A DNA stretch of 64,000 bases from Octopus vulgaris (taxonomy: Eukaryota), in contig OX597828.1 in NCBI GenBank assembly GCA_951406725.2, positions 27,094,001 through 27,158,000 on the forward strand. The letters run 5' to 3'. The notes below the pieces were generated by a model. That model did not search any database. It was not told the DNA's origin and saw nothing but the letters and a program-made list of their open reading frames with translations. Positions 12,980 through 24,315 of this stretch are shown one piece after another (the first letter of the stretch is position 1; every line of letters begins with the position of its first letter). The translations under genes were made by a program, and so were the position numbers.

Positions 12980-13610
12980 AGAACTATAGCTAAACAAATT
13001 GGAAATGGTGCAAAGATTTTATAATCACCTAATTTGTGAAAATATTTGATCTGCCTAAGTTTTTCACATTTCTAAAAGTCTTCTAAGGATTAAACCTAGT
13101 GTGTGTGCTAAAATGCCAATCACCATTACCATTTCACTGTATTTGTCTTAAAAGTTCTAGGCTTAAAATCTTGGTTGGTCTCAGATTTCTGTAGTTCTTT
13201 ATTGCTGTAGTTATCATGGCCGACTGTAAATCAAGTAAAAAGAAAAGAATTAATATAAATGCTGCTGACGATGATGCTGTTGCTGATGATGATCCAAGTC
13301 ATTTCCAATTATTTTCTGTTTTATAGACATAAAACACGCTTCAAGTAAAAATTTAATAGATATGAATCCATAACAGTTTTTTTTTAATATTTTACATACA
13401 GGTATGGCTGAGTAGTTAAGAAGCTCATCTTGCAACCATTTGCTTTCAGGTTCAATCCCACTTCATGGCACTTTGGGCAAGTGTCTTCTACTATATAACC
13501 CTAGGTTTGTGAGTGAATTTGGTAGACAGAATCTGTGTGGAAGCCCATCATATATATGTGTGTGTGTGTTCCAAACGCCTTCTTTTTCCCGACCCTCTTT
13601 TCTCATTTAT

Positions 13611-13646
13611 TTTTGTGATGAAGGACTAGTGTCCAAAACATCAAGA
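13611..13646 (+). ncRNA. Decayed minimal type I hammerhead motif
   Basis: tttt-GTGATGA-a-ggac(tagt)gtcc-AAAAC-ATC-aaga: stem II intact, core mutated. Confidence 0.5.
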
Positions 13647-13656
13647 CTCCCTTCTT

Positions 13657-13890
13657 TTTAAGCCTTTATCTTGCAACATTTAAAACAGCTGTATCAGGCC
13701 CAAATATTCTACTTGTTTAATGTTCACACTGGCAATATCCAGCCTCCCACATCTACTCTGCAATGTCATTCTAAAGATTAACTAGAAAATCATTGACATC
13801 TCAAAGTTATGAGATAATGCATTATTAATTTAAAACGACGTAAATAAATTAGCATTACATTTGACAGTAATATGAATGCTAAAGTGTTAA
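13657..13890 (-). mobile_element. MITE, second TTAA-type family
   Basis: Ends ttaagccttta ... aatgctaaagtgttaa; internal match to the 12230 and 34030 copies. Confidence 0.65.
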
Positions 13891-13973
13891 ACCAGTACAA
13901 CATTTGTTAAGACTTGTCCCTCTTGTATTGTCTCTTTTTGTGTTCATGGCCTCACATATATGTATTTGTGTGT

Positions 13974-14305
13974 CATCATCATCATCATCATCCTTTAATG
14001 TCCGTTTTCCATGCTAGCATGGGTTGGACGGTTCAACCAGGGTCTGGAAGCCATGGAGTCTCCACCAGGCTCTAGTCTGATTTGGCAGTGTTTCTACAGC
14101 TGGATGCTCTTCCTAATGCCAACTGCTCCATGAATGTAGTGGGTGTTTTTTAGGTGCCACCGGCACAGGGGCCAGATGAGGCTGGCAAACAGCCATGATT
14201 TGGTTGGTGCTTTCACGTGTCACCGACATGGATGCCAGTCAGGCGGTGCTGTCATCTGCCATGTTCGGATGGTGTTTTTTACATGTCACCAGCACGGGTG
14301 TCTTA
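13974..14305 (-). mobile_element. Retroposon family B
   Basis: (CAT)n then tttccatgctagcatgggttgg...gtttctacagctggatg. Confidence 0.8.
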
Positions 14306-14773
14306 ACTACGTGTGTGTGAATATTTGTTTCAGTTATTGTATATAAATTTAGGCAATAATCTTTTCTACTCTAAGCACAAGGTCTGAAATTTGGTGAAGA
14401 GTACAGTCAGTTTCATTGGCCCCAGTACTTGACTGGTACTCATTCTATCGACCTTGAAAGCTTAAAAGCGAAGCCAACCTCAGCTGAAATTCTGCCAAGC
14501 ACGATTTTGTTTGTATTCTTTTGGAGTTGATGAAATAAATTACCAGTTGAGGACTTGACCCCGTCTCTCCAAATTTCAGGCCCTCTACTCGTAGTAGAAA
14601 GAATTATTGTACATAAGTATAATTTTTGAGCTTAGCTTTCATAGTGTGTGATAACTTCTGATGAGAACCTTGGTGTTTTCTGTCATGTAGAACTACCATC
14701 CAAAACCATCTTTGAAGTGCAGGTTTCAAATCTGCATACAGACAATCTTACACACCCACAATCTCCCATGTTT

Positions 14774-14810
<37 letters not shown>

Positions 14811-14906
14811 ATATATTCGTAAAAAGAGAACTTATATAATTCTTCTCTTCTTTTTGTAATAGTTCAAGAATAAACATGAAGACAATGAGGCTGTGTCATG
14901 TGTTTC

Positions 14907-14981
<75 letters not shown>

Positions 14982-16168
14982 CTGTGTGTGTGTGTCACCT
15001 TAGTCTTGTAACTACACTCATTTGAACTCATGCACATTTTATATGATAACACACACATACACACTCTCTTGGACATATATACACACATGCACATATATAA
15101 TTTTTTTTCATTTTTGCACGTTTAGCATGATTTCTTCCATTATTTTTTTCTTCTCTGTGTTGACAAAAAATCAGAAGCTGATTCCAATCTACAGAAACCT
15201 GGTTCTTAATCCAATTAAGCCTTAAATTTCTTGACTGTGCTCCATCGCTTATGAGACAACAACAACAACAACAACAATAATAATGATGATGTTTTATTTC
15301 ATTTTCGTGGTGGTGGGCACGAATCGAAGAATGGCTGTAAAATAAGAATGTAAGTAAATAAGTAAATGAACGAAGGTGTACCGCACCAAATAATATAAAA
15401 CTTGTTGTGTAAACAAGATTAATCAGATATTCCAGACATTTTCTCAAAGACATATTAGTCATTTGGTGAAAGCTAATTCCTGCCACTTCTTCAACAATTT
15501 TTTTTGTTTTTACATTTTTTATTTATATTTTTTCCAAATTTCTTTCTAATTTTAATTTTTTTTGTCGTGGTGAGGTGAAGGTGGGGCATAAAATTTTCTT
15601 CTAATTTTTTGCTGTATTTTTTTTGGTTTGTTTCAAAAGCTCAGCCATATGTACACCAACAACCAACATACATGCAGATAAAGTTAGGCATGTATGTGTG
15701 TGTGTGTCTGTGTGTGCAAATATGTATATATTTGTGTATGGATATGCATGTACGCATACAGGCATGCACCAGCTAACTATACAGCCATACATGTACATAT
15801 ATATATATATACATACACACACAGACACACACACATATATATATATATATATATGAAGGGTAAAAAACTTAGTATTAGTTAAATGTAGCCATGCTGATTA
15901 GGGTTCCGTTGCTAAATTAACCAACACCCACTCCATAAATTAAGTTTGAAGATTTGAAAATAAATGGTGGGGGAGAGGGGGGGAAGGCTAGTAAACATTC
16001 TAGACAACATTTAAAAAAAAAAAATGTAAAACAGAGAGGAAATTTGAAGAATCTGAAGAATCCATGTTTTTACAGTTGAGAGAATCAAGAAGAAACCAAA
16101 CAGAGATTCTGCTCATTGGAAACTTTCAAGACTTGTTTATTGGTTGTTGTTGTTATTGTTGTTGTTTG

Positions 16169-16204
<36 letters not shown>

Positions 16205-16769
16205 AAGGCTGTATTTCTATGTAGACCAATTTGTGCCATCTTAACAAAAGAAGCTGTAACTAACGTAACATTTTTGAAACTTTTGGAATCTTGCAAGTAA
16301 AAATAAATAAATAAATAAATAAGTATATAAACAGATAAATAAATAAAAACAAGTAAATAAAAACAAACAAATGAATAAAAAATATAAATAATATAGTACC
16401 CAAACGTATTTTATATGTTTGTTTTCTTTTGTTATTTTCATATATTTTCTAATGTTTAGAAAAAAGTTCTAAAACTTATTTTAGTGAATAAGTAAAACGA
16501 TAAATTTGTATGGTGTGTGTATATATGCACATGTATGTGTTTATATGTTTGCATGTATGTATGTATGTATGTGTGCATGTATGTATATACGTGTGTGTAT
16601 GTGTGGGTTTTTGTTTTGATATTTCCCTCCTGTTTTCTGGTTTAAACATTGTTTGTTTCTGGTTTGTTGCAGATCAAATTATTAAAATGTGATATCATGC
16701 ACTAATTAACATGCGTGGTTGTTATAAGAGACATTGTTTACTAATGAACCCCTTTCTATCTATCTATGC

Positions 16770-16915
16770 CAGTCATGGATAAATTGCAGCCTGTGGGACT
16801 CTCTGAATGGCACGCCTAAGGAGAAATTAAAGTGTGCGCCATGTCACATGTGGCCCACCTGATAATGTGCCATGTCTCATGTGGCCCACTTCATGGAAAG
16901 GGTTGTCCATGCACC
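16770..16915. mobile_element. hAT/Charlie-like MITE remnant
   Basis: cagtcatggataaattgcagcctgtggg ... tgtggcccac (x2) ... ggttgtccatgc. Confidence 0.45.
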
Positions 16916-17547
16916 AGCTACACCATAACTATGTTGCCCCTTATAGATTCTCTCTGCAAATCTTCTGTCAAAGTGTGACCTTTCTGCGTATTAACAATAC
17001 TGAGCCAGTGCTGTTGATACACACCCATACACATGCACACACTCTTGTGAAAACATGCGCACACACAAGTATGCACATACACAAGTGCACGTGCACACAC
17101 ACACAATGCACATATCCCCGCTCTGTCCAAAAGAAAGCCATGCAAGTGATTAGCAAAGGCCCACTCACCAACACATCTCAGCCTTTGGCCCTCAAGTGCA
17201 CTCTGCTGCATTTCCCACCCCTACTGTAATGGCCTCTGCTTTTACATTCGATGACAATGTCCTACATTAGACATTAAATATTGGCAAAGAATGCTTTGTT
17301 CTCTGCCCTCAAGAGTTAAAATCCTGCTGAGGTCAACAGAGTTACCATCAACCAATTTCACTTACAAAAGCGTTGGTCAGCTTGGCGCTGTGGGAGAAGG
17401 TACCTTTTTAAGGTCCTGTGCTGTGGAATTGAACATGAAGCCATGTTGTTGCAAAGGGAGCTTCTTAATCACACATTCATGCCTGTGTGTGTCTGTGTAA
17501 ATGTATGTGTGATTGTATGTATGTATGTATGTGTGTTTTTGTGTATG

Positions 17548-17802
17548 TGTGTTCTTGAGCAAGACACTTTATTTCACGTTGCTCCAGTTCACTCAGCTGT
17601 AGAAATGAGTTGCGACGTCACAGGTGCCAGGCTGTATCGGCCCTTGCCTTTCCCTTGGACAACATCGGTGACGTGGAGAGGGAGGCCGGTATGCATGGGT
17701 GACTGCTGGTCTTCCATAAAAAACAACCTTGCCCAGACTTGTGCCTCAGAGGGTAACTATCTAGGTGCAAACCCATGGTCAGTGTCTGACCGAAGGGGGT
17801 CA
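17548..17802 (+). mobile_element. SINE family E, 5'-truncated
   Basis: gtgttcttgagcaagacactttatttcacgttgctccagttcactcagctgtagaaatgag; matches 38498-38831. Confidence 0.85.
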
Positions 17803-17837
<35 letters not shown>

Positions 17838-18754
17838 TGTGTGTATATTTATGTATGTACACTTGTTTTAGTGTGTAGGGGGCATAGACCTAATATATAC
17901 CCCTAAATTTAGTTGATTTTGCAACATTTGTGTGCTTCTCTTATTTCTTAATGCAGACAGCAGTTGTGTCAATGTCTATTCTGTGTGCTTGCTGCTGCCT
18001 TTATGTTTTAATTGCCTAACAGCAGCACAAGTTGAATTAACTCTCTGTGCAAGCTGCTCCTTTTTTTTTTTTTTTAACCTTTGGTTTTAGAATTTTTGGT
18101 TCTCACTAGTTTTTAGAATGAGCTTCTAACTCTTGTTGTTGTCATTGTCAGTGGAAACTGCTGTTGTTGCTGCATATAGTGTTTACCAAAACTTTGCTGG
18201 CATACCTCTGGTTCCGGCTGAGATTTGAAAATCCCAGTTGCTATGGCTTATATCTTCCTCCCTGGTCAGGATGCTGGGTCATGAATGGATTGCTCATCCT
18301 TACCAGTTAAGTGAACTGGAGCAACATGGAATGAAGTGTTTTGCACAAGAACATAATGCATCTCTTGGTCCAAGGATCAAAACCACAATCTTGTGATCAT
18401 GAGTCCAACATCCAAACCACTAAGCCATGCACCTTCCCTCCCTCTTCCTCTGTCTGTTTCTCTCTCTCTCTCTCTCTCTCCCTCTCTCCCCCTCTCTCCC
18501 TCTGTCTCTCTGTCTCTCTCTCTCTCTACATACTTGCATACATATACCTATATAAATTCCAAGTCAGTTACAAAACCATCATGTATGTGAAATAGTGACC
18601 AAAGTATGTGAAATAGTGACCAAATCTGTTTTGGAATCACATCATGTGATCTGAAGCAAAGAAAGAACACATTGGAGAGTGTATTCCAAGATAACTTATG
18701 GAAAGATGTGAAATTCATATTTGGAATGCATTGCTCAAAGTTTTACTTCCAAGG

Positions 18755-19404
18755 TTAAGTCTTTTGTTACCATATTCCTGTTGGAATACACAGCATTTGT
18801 TCCAATTAATTTTAACAACAAGGAAGAATGTAATAAACCATCTTTCTTGTTATTAAGCTGTTGTTCAGAACATAAATTAACATGGAACTTTTGATGAAGA
18901 TTTTAACTTAAATTACTTTATTAGAAAAAGGTGTTTTTTTTTCTTAATCATAGGCACAGGAGTGGCTGTGGTAAGTAGCTTGCTAACCAACCACATGGTT
19001 CCGGGTCAGTCCCACTGTGTGGCATCTTGAGCAAGTGTCTTCTGCTATAGCCCCGGGCCGACCAATGCCTTGTGAGTGGATTTGGTAGACGGAAACTGAA
19101 AGAAGCCTGTCGTATATATGTATATATATATATAATATGTGTGTATATGTTTGTGTATCTGTGTTTGTCCCCCTAGCATTGCTTGACAACCGATGCTGGT
19201 GTGTTTACGTCCCCGTCACATAGCGGTTCGGTAAAACAGACTGATAGAATAAGTACTGGGCTTACAAAGAATAAGTCCTGGGGTTGATTTGCTAGACTAA
19301 AGGCTGTGCTCCACAATGGCCACAGTCAAATGACTGAAACAAGTAAAAGAGTAAAAGAGTATAGAATAGGGGTGTTCTGAAGCAGGCTAATGTGAAAGGG
19401 TCAA
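18755..19404 (+). mobile_element. Old TTAA MITE interrupted by a family-C SINE
   Basis: ttaagtcttttgttacc...aacataaatt...gaagattttaa, resuming after the SINE and ending gtgaaagggtcaa. Confidence 0.55.
18953..19360 (+). mobile_element. SINE family C, full length
   Basis: tRNA-like head, internal TA run, tail aaatgactgaaacaagtaaaagag. Confidence 0.9.
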
Positions 19405-19734
19405 ACAATAACAACAAGAATAAAAGAAATCTACTCCAAATGTGGGAAATTTTGATTGGTGAAGTTGGTTATCAGTGGTTTTAACTGCCTGACCATTTGT
19501 CCATTGCATCTTGCTTACTTCTTCATCAGTGATATTTAGAAGTCCTTTGAATATCAGAGAGAAGTTTGAAATGACTAGGGAGTTATATATATATATATGA
19601 ATTTCTCACATCACCACACTTGGACAACTGGGTCAACTGCTGGCTCTTATTCATCATCCCTTCACTACCATCATCAACTTTATCATCACCACCACCACCA
19701 CCACCATCAAGCTCCCACCATGATATTCATCAAT

Positions 19735-19960
19735 AAGGCAGCAAGCTGGCAGAACCATTAGCACACTGGACAAAATATTTAGTGATGTTTCATCTGGGTT
19801 TTTTTTAATGTTCTGAGTTCAAATTCTGCCATAGCTGACTTTGCAGTTCACCCTTTCAGGGTTGATGAACTAAATACCAGTCAAATAGTGGGGATCAATG
19901 AAATCAACTAGCTCCTATCACCCAAAATTTCAGGCCTTGTACCTATACTGGAAAGCATTA
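19735..19960 (+). mobile_element. SINE family D
   Basis: aaggcagcaagctggcagaa...ctgagttcaaattc...tttcaggccttgt. Confidence 0.75.
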
Positions 19961-20924
19961 AGACCACTACTATCATCATTGTCATCATTGACATCATTAT
20001 CATCATCATCCTTGACCATAATGTACCCCCCCACCTATTTTCTGTCATTACCCTCTCTCTTTCTCTCTCTTTCCCCCTCTTGCTTCCTCTTCACCTATTA
20101 TCCCTATTGTGTTCTTTCTCTTTGTATGGTTGTCTTCCACCTCCCTTCTCTGCTTACCTTCTCTTGTGCTGCCTACCCTTTCCCTACCTGCATCCTCCCT
20201 CCTCTCTTTCTCTCCCCTTCATCAACCCTCCTTCTCATGCCTTCTAACCTCCACACCCACTCCTTCCTCCATTCTCTCACCATCTTCCTTCCCTTTCCCT
20301 CTCCCTTTATTTCTCTCTACTGTTCCCATCCCCCATCCCCTGCCCACTCTGCCATATTTCCTCCTCCCATTCTCTGACTTCCTTCTACTTGCTCTCATTT
20401 ACTCCTACTCTCTTCCCCTCTTCTTCTTTTCCACCCATCTCCTACTCACTCTTCCCACCTCATTCCCTCCTCTCTCCTACTTACTCTCCCTATACATTTT
20501 TTTTATTTGCCCCTTTTCCTATCTCATAGTGTCCTGGTGTGAAAAACAAAACCAGCAATAAACTTCAATATGTAGATAAAGGGCCATGTAATAGAGGGAA
20601 GTGACACCCTATATAACTTTGTGCATGTGTTTGGGATGTGTGAGTGCACACATGCATATGTGTGTACTGTTGTTTAGCCCCAGGTTAACCTTCCTCAAGT
20701 AGACCTATGATGAAATATATTCCATCCAGGATCACATTCTCCAATGTCTCCTTTTGCAAGACATGTCATTGTTTCAAGTTACACCTAGGCAATCATCACA
20801 CCCAGCAGGTCATTTATGGCCAGTTTCTACTCTGTTTTCATTTCTGCTTGGATTCTGGTTTACATTTCATGTTGTCAAGGCAACAATTTTACTCATATAT
20901 AAAATTAATGCATGCATACATACA

Positions 20925-20997
<73 letters not shown>

Positions 20998-21021
20998 AGA
21001 GAGAGAGAGAGAGAGAGAGAG

Positions 21022-21260
21022 AGTAAACATAATATATATGTTCAAAATGTGACCTCGTGTGTACCGTTGGCGATTTTTTTTCCTCTGTCTTCCCTTCTCT
21101 GGGTCTTTCCTTCTCCTATGTTTCCGATGATGAGCTCTGCTCGAAATGTTAAACCCTCCTTGTTTCCTTCTTTCCTGAGCGTCCAATAATACTATATTTG
21201 TTCCACGTCCTCGCGTTGTTGTGTTTTTTTGTGTTTTCATGTTTGGATTAACTTTATAAT
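21022..21260 (+). mobile_element. Penelope-like tail in microsatellite, containing an HHR motif
   Basis: HHR at 21120-21154, then ttcctgagcgtccaataatac; truncated inverted copy at 23157-23250; related tail at 63139-63328. Confidence 0.65.
21120..21154 (+). ncRNA. Minimal type I hammerhead motif (two substitutions)
   Basis: gttt-CCGATGA-t-gagc(tct)gctc-GAAAT-GTT-aaac. Confidence 0.65.
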
Positions 21261-21367
21261 ATATATGTATGTGTATATATATATATATATCTATAAAAAA
21301 AATACAAACTGGGACAAGATGCAAAACATTTTCACGACGATACAAAAAACACGGACGGGACATTCTA

Positions 21368-21433
21368 AGCCTTCAATCTTCAGTCAAGAACCGGATCATC
21401 CTCGCGATTTCAGCTGATTAATCTTGAGATTGC
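21368..21433 (-). ncRNA. Candidate non-circularly permuted hammerhead, family 2
   Basis: GCAATC-TCAAGA..AGCT-GAAATCGC..TCTTGA-CTGAAGA-ttgaa-GGCT: stem I 6 bp, stem III 4/5 bp, stem II 4 bp after a 5-nt insertion. Confidence 0.5.
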
Positions 21434-21510
21434 TCCAATCTGGCCAGCCCCAAGGAAAAACTAAGCTAAGCGCATTAGATTCCTTCGAAGAAAGCTTCGA
21501 ATGTATACAA

Positions 21511-22307
21511 ATGCAACATAAAGAATATTCCCCTCCATCAGTTGTCCCTGTTTCATCTACTCCACGTTTCGAAGGCAAGGACAATACACAACTTCATTGA
21601 AACAGTCCTTCCCACAAAGCAAATTTGAGATTTTTTGTGGAGGGTGAAAGTGGTAACAAGGACAGGACGGTGAGAACAAGACAGTAAAAACAAATGGTGA
21701 GGGCTGTTAAGCCAAGACAATAGAAAAATTATTATGAATGCTAGGAACCCATGCTTATGAGAGGAGACAGCTATAAGCACTTGTTGTCTTTAGGAAGGAA
21801 ATGGGCAGAAAGATAGATTCCTTTTTGTTACGAGAGAGTCAAGGAGGAAGAGTGAGGGAGAGGGAATGGTGAAGAGGAGAGAAGAAGAATAAGGAAGGGT
21901 GGGAGAGAAAACCAGAAAGGATGAAGAACAAGAGAGGGAGAGAGATAGACAGAGATTAGAGAGACAGATAGATAGAGAAGAGATAGTAGAGATAGAAGAT
22001 TAGGCATCGTAATTATGAACATAAAACTTACTTGGAAAAGGATGCATGGTGTTCGATCATATAATAATATAAATAAATGCATATATGCATATATATATGT
22101 GTATACCTACAGATATATGTATATATATACATACATATATGGGTACAAGACATGAAAAAAATGTTGAACACGAGAAATGAAAACATAAAAACAAAAACAT
22201 AGAAAACAAACCTTTTTTCAAACAACAGAAAAATGAGACGTGCAGCATAAAGAATATTCCCCTTCATCAGTTGCCCCTGTTTCATCTACTCTTCGTTTCA
22301 GAGGCAA

Positions 22308-22308
<1 letters not shown>
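21511..22308 (-). mobile_element. Partially tandem ~729-nt non-coding repeat unit (pLTR/retrozyme-like)
   Basis: Sequence from 21511 recurs at 22240; the copy at 38920-39346 spans the same junction. Confidence 0.75.
21530..21591 (-). ncRNA. Candidate non-circularly permuted hammerhead, family 1
   Basis: TTGTGTA-TTGTCCTTG-CCTTC-GAAACGTGG-11 nt-CAGGGACAA-CTGATGG-AGGGG; stem I 9 bp; sister copies at 22259-22307 and 39177-39238 keep CTGATGA. Confidence 0.6.
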
Positions 22309-22365
<57 letters not shown>

Positions 22366-22632
22366 TATTATTATTATATATATATACACCTGTGTGTGTG
22401 TCTTTGTGTTTCTGTTTGTCCCAGTTTGGCAACATGGACTGATAGAGTATGTATCAGGCTTAAAAAAAGAGAAGTGTATCTGTACATACATGTGTGTATA
22501 CATGTTTGTGCTTTATGTATATGTGTGTGTGTTTTTACTCTTTATCTTATATTAAACTTTTAATACTTTTTGATAGTTTAAAATTAATAAAAAATAAATA
22601 TAAATAAATAAATAATAATAAAAAATATTAAA

Positions 22633-22850
22633 ATGAAGCTGGATCTCTTCCTGTCAGGTGTCCCAGATGAACCAACTTCACGGCAGGAGGGGCAGATGAG
22701 GGCAGCTGCATCGAACTCTCTCATGCACCAAATAGCAGTTGCTAGAAAGCCTCCATGAAGTGAAACCAAGTAGCATCACCAAATGGCGGTGCCCCAGCAT
22801 GGCCACAGCTCATAAGCTGAAACTAGAATCAATCAATCAATCAATCAATC
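22633..22850 (+). mobile_element. 3' end of a CR1/L2-group LINE (ORF2 C-terminus + 3' UTR)
   Basis: KLDLFLSGVPDEPTSRQEGQMRAAASNSLMHQ...stop at 22756-22758; tail ggcggtgccccagcatggccacag, then (ATCA)n. Confidence 0.75.
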
Positions 22851-22984
22851 ATATATTTAAAATTTATAAGTTTAATTTATTAATTTAAATAATTTAAAAA
22901 ATTTTTTACTTTAATTTAAATATTTTAATTGGATTTTTATATTTTATATTTCATATTTTTTATATTTTTTAATTAATTTTATTT

Positions 22985-23135
22985 CTATATATTGGCTTAT
23001 GATTTTCACTGTTTGAGTTGCCTAATAGTGGTTTTATCTCTAATTTAATATAATATATATTTATACTATAAAATTAGATATAATCCTAAATCTGTTTTTT
23101 CCCTGTAAGTTTGGATTTACTCCCTAATATTTTAT
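22985..23135 (-). repeat. Second copy of the 770-915 repeat family
   Basis: ttggctta...aatagtggtttt.tctctaattt...ttggattta.tccctaatattt. Confidence 0.75.
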
Positions 23136-23606
23136 TATATATATATATATATATATAGTTAATCCAAACAAGAAAACACAAAAAACACAATGCGAGGACG
23201 TGGACCAAATATAGTATTATTGGATGCTCAGGAAAGATGGGAAGAAGGTATATATATATATATTTGTGTGTGTGTGTGTGTATGTATGTATGCATTTATT
23301 TATATATGAGTAAAATTGTTGCCTTGACAACATGAAATGTAAACCAGAATCTGAGCAGAAAAGAAAACAGTGTAGGAACTGGCTATAAATGACCTGCTGG
23401 GTGTGGTGATTGCCTAGGTGTGACTTGAAACAATGACATGTTGGAAGGACATCCACTGCCTTGTCATCCAGCAGACAATGAAGAGAAATACAACAAAAAG
23501 ACAAAACAGTTTAGTCTGACTCCCTTCTAAAATGTTATGTCTTGCAATAGGAGGAAAATGTGTTACTGAATGTATTGTAATGAATATGTTTAAATATGGA
23601 TATATG

Positions 23607-23692
<86 letters not shown>

Positions 23693-23931
23693 TTTGTATG
23701 TAGACTCATTGATGCATATGTTTCTAATTGTTTTTATGAAACCAAAGCAATGCAAGTTCTAAGAAATAATTCAAGTCAATGCATTTTTCTTTTAACTTGT
23801 ATTTCAGTAATTTCGAGGTTAGGACACCTTTCTCAGGAAATTTTGTCTTGGCTCTAAAAAAAATTAATTAAAACATTTACATACATGAAGCAATGCTTCT
23901 TGCTAACTATACTAATGTGTGTATGTCTATT

Positions 23932-23964
<33 letters not shown>

Positions 23965-24166
23965 GAGGGTGTTTTTATCTATATGTATGTGTGTGTGTAT
24001 ATATATATATATATGGATTCCTCTCCTATAATTTCTCCACGTGCGGTCAACACAACACCACCATTTACTGATTTATACTCACATGGTGGTATCTCGTAGA
24101 TACCCTAATATATAATTTTAATATATACATATATATATACATACCCAAGTAGTAGAGATCCTTGAG

Positions 24167-24315
24167 AAGGCACATGGCTCAATGGTTGGTGCATTAGGCT
24201 CACAATCATAAGGTAGTGAGTTCGATTCCCAGACTGGGCTGTGTGTTGTCTTCTTAAGCAAGACACTTTATTTCACGTTGCTCCAGTTTGCTCATCTGTA
24301 AAAATGAGTTGTGAT
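24167..24315 (+). mobile_element. SINE family E, 5' part
   Basis: tRNA-like head with B box gttcgattccc, then gcaagacactttatttcacgttgctccag. Confidence 0.8.

Larger units (their letters stand above)
20761..23451. repeat. Long-spaced inverted repeat (arms ~20761-20930 and ~23281-23451) around a cluster of retroelement tails
   Basis: acatgtcattgtttcaagt...caacaattttactcatatat is mirrored at 23293-23451; the ORF track shows near-identical peptides on opposite strands. Confidence 0.9.

Noticed and set aside
14658-14690. CTGATGA followed by a gaac/gttt stem
   Set aside because: No GAAA or stem I/III pairing in either strand order; likely chance.
15176-15210. Possible terminal exon ADSNLQKPGS*
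   Set aside because: Acceptor interrupted by an A-run and very short; indistinguishable from chance.
20707-21189. Peptide duplicated on opposite strands (CHCFK.HLGNHHTQQV)
   Set aside because: A consequence of the DNA inverted repeat; no sign of coding constraint.
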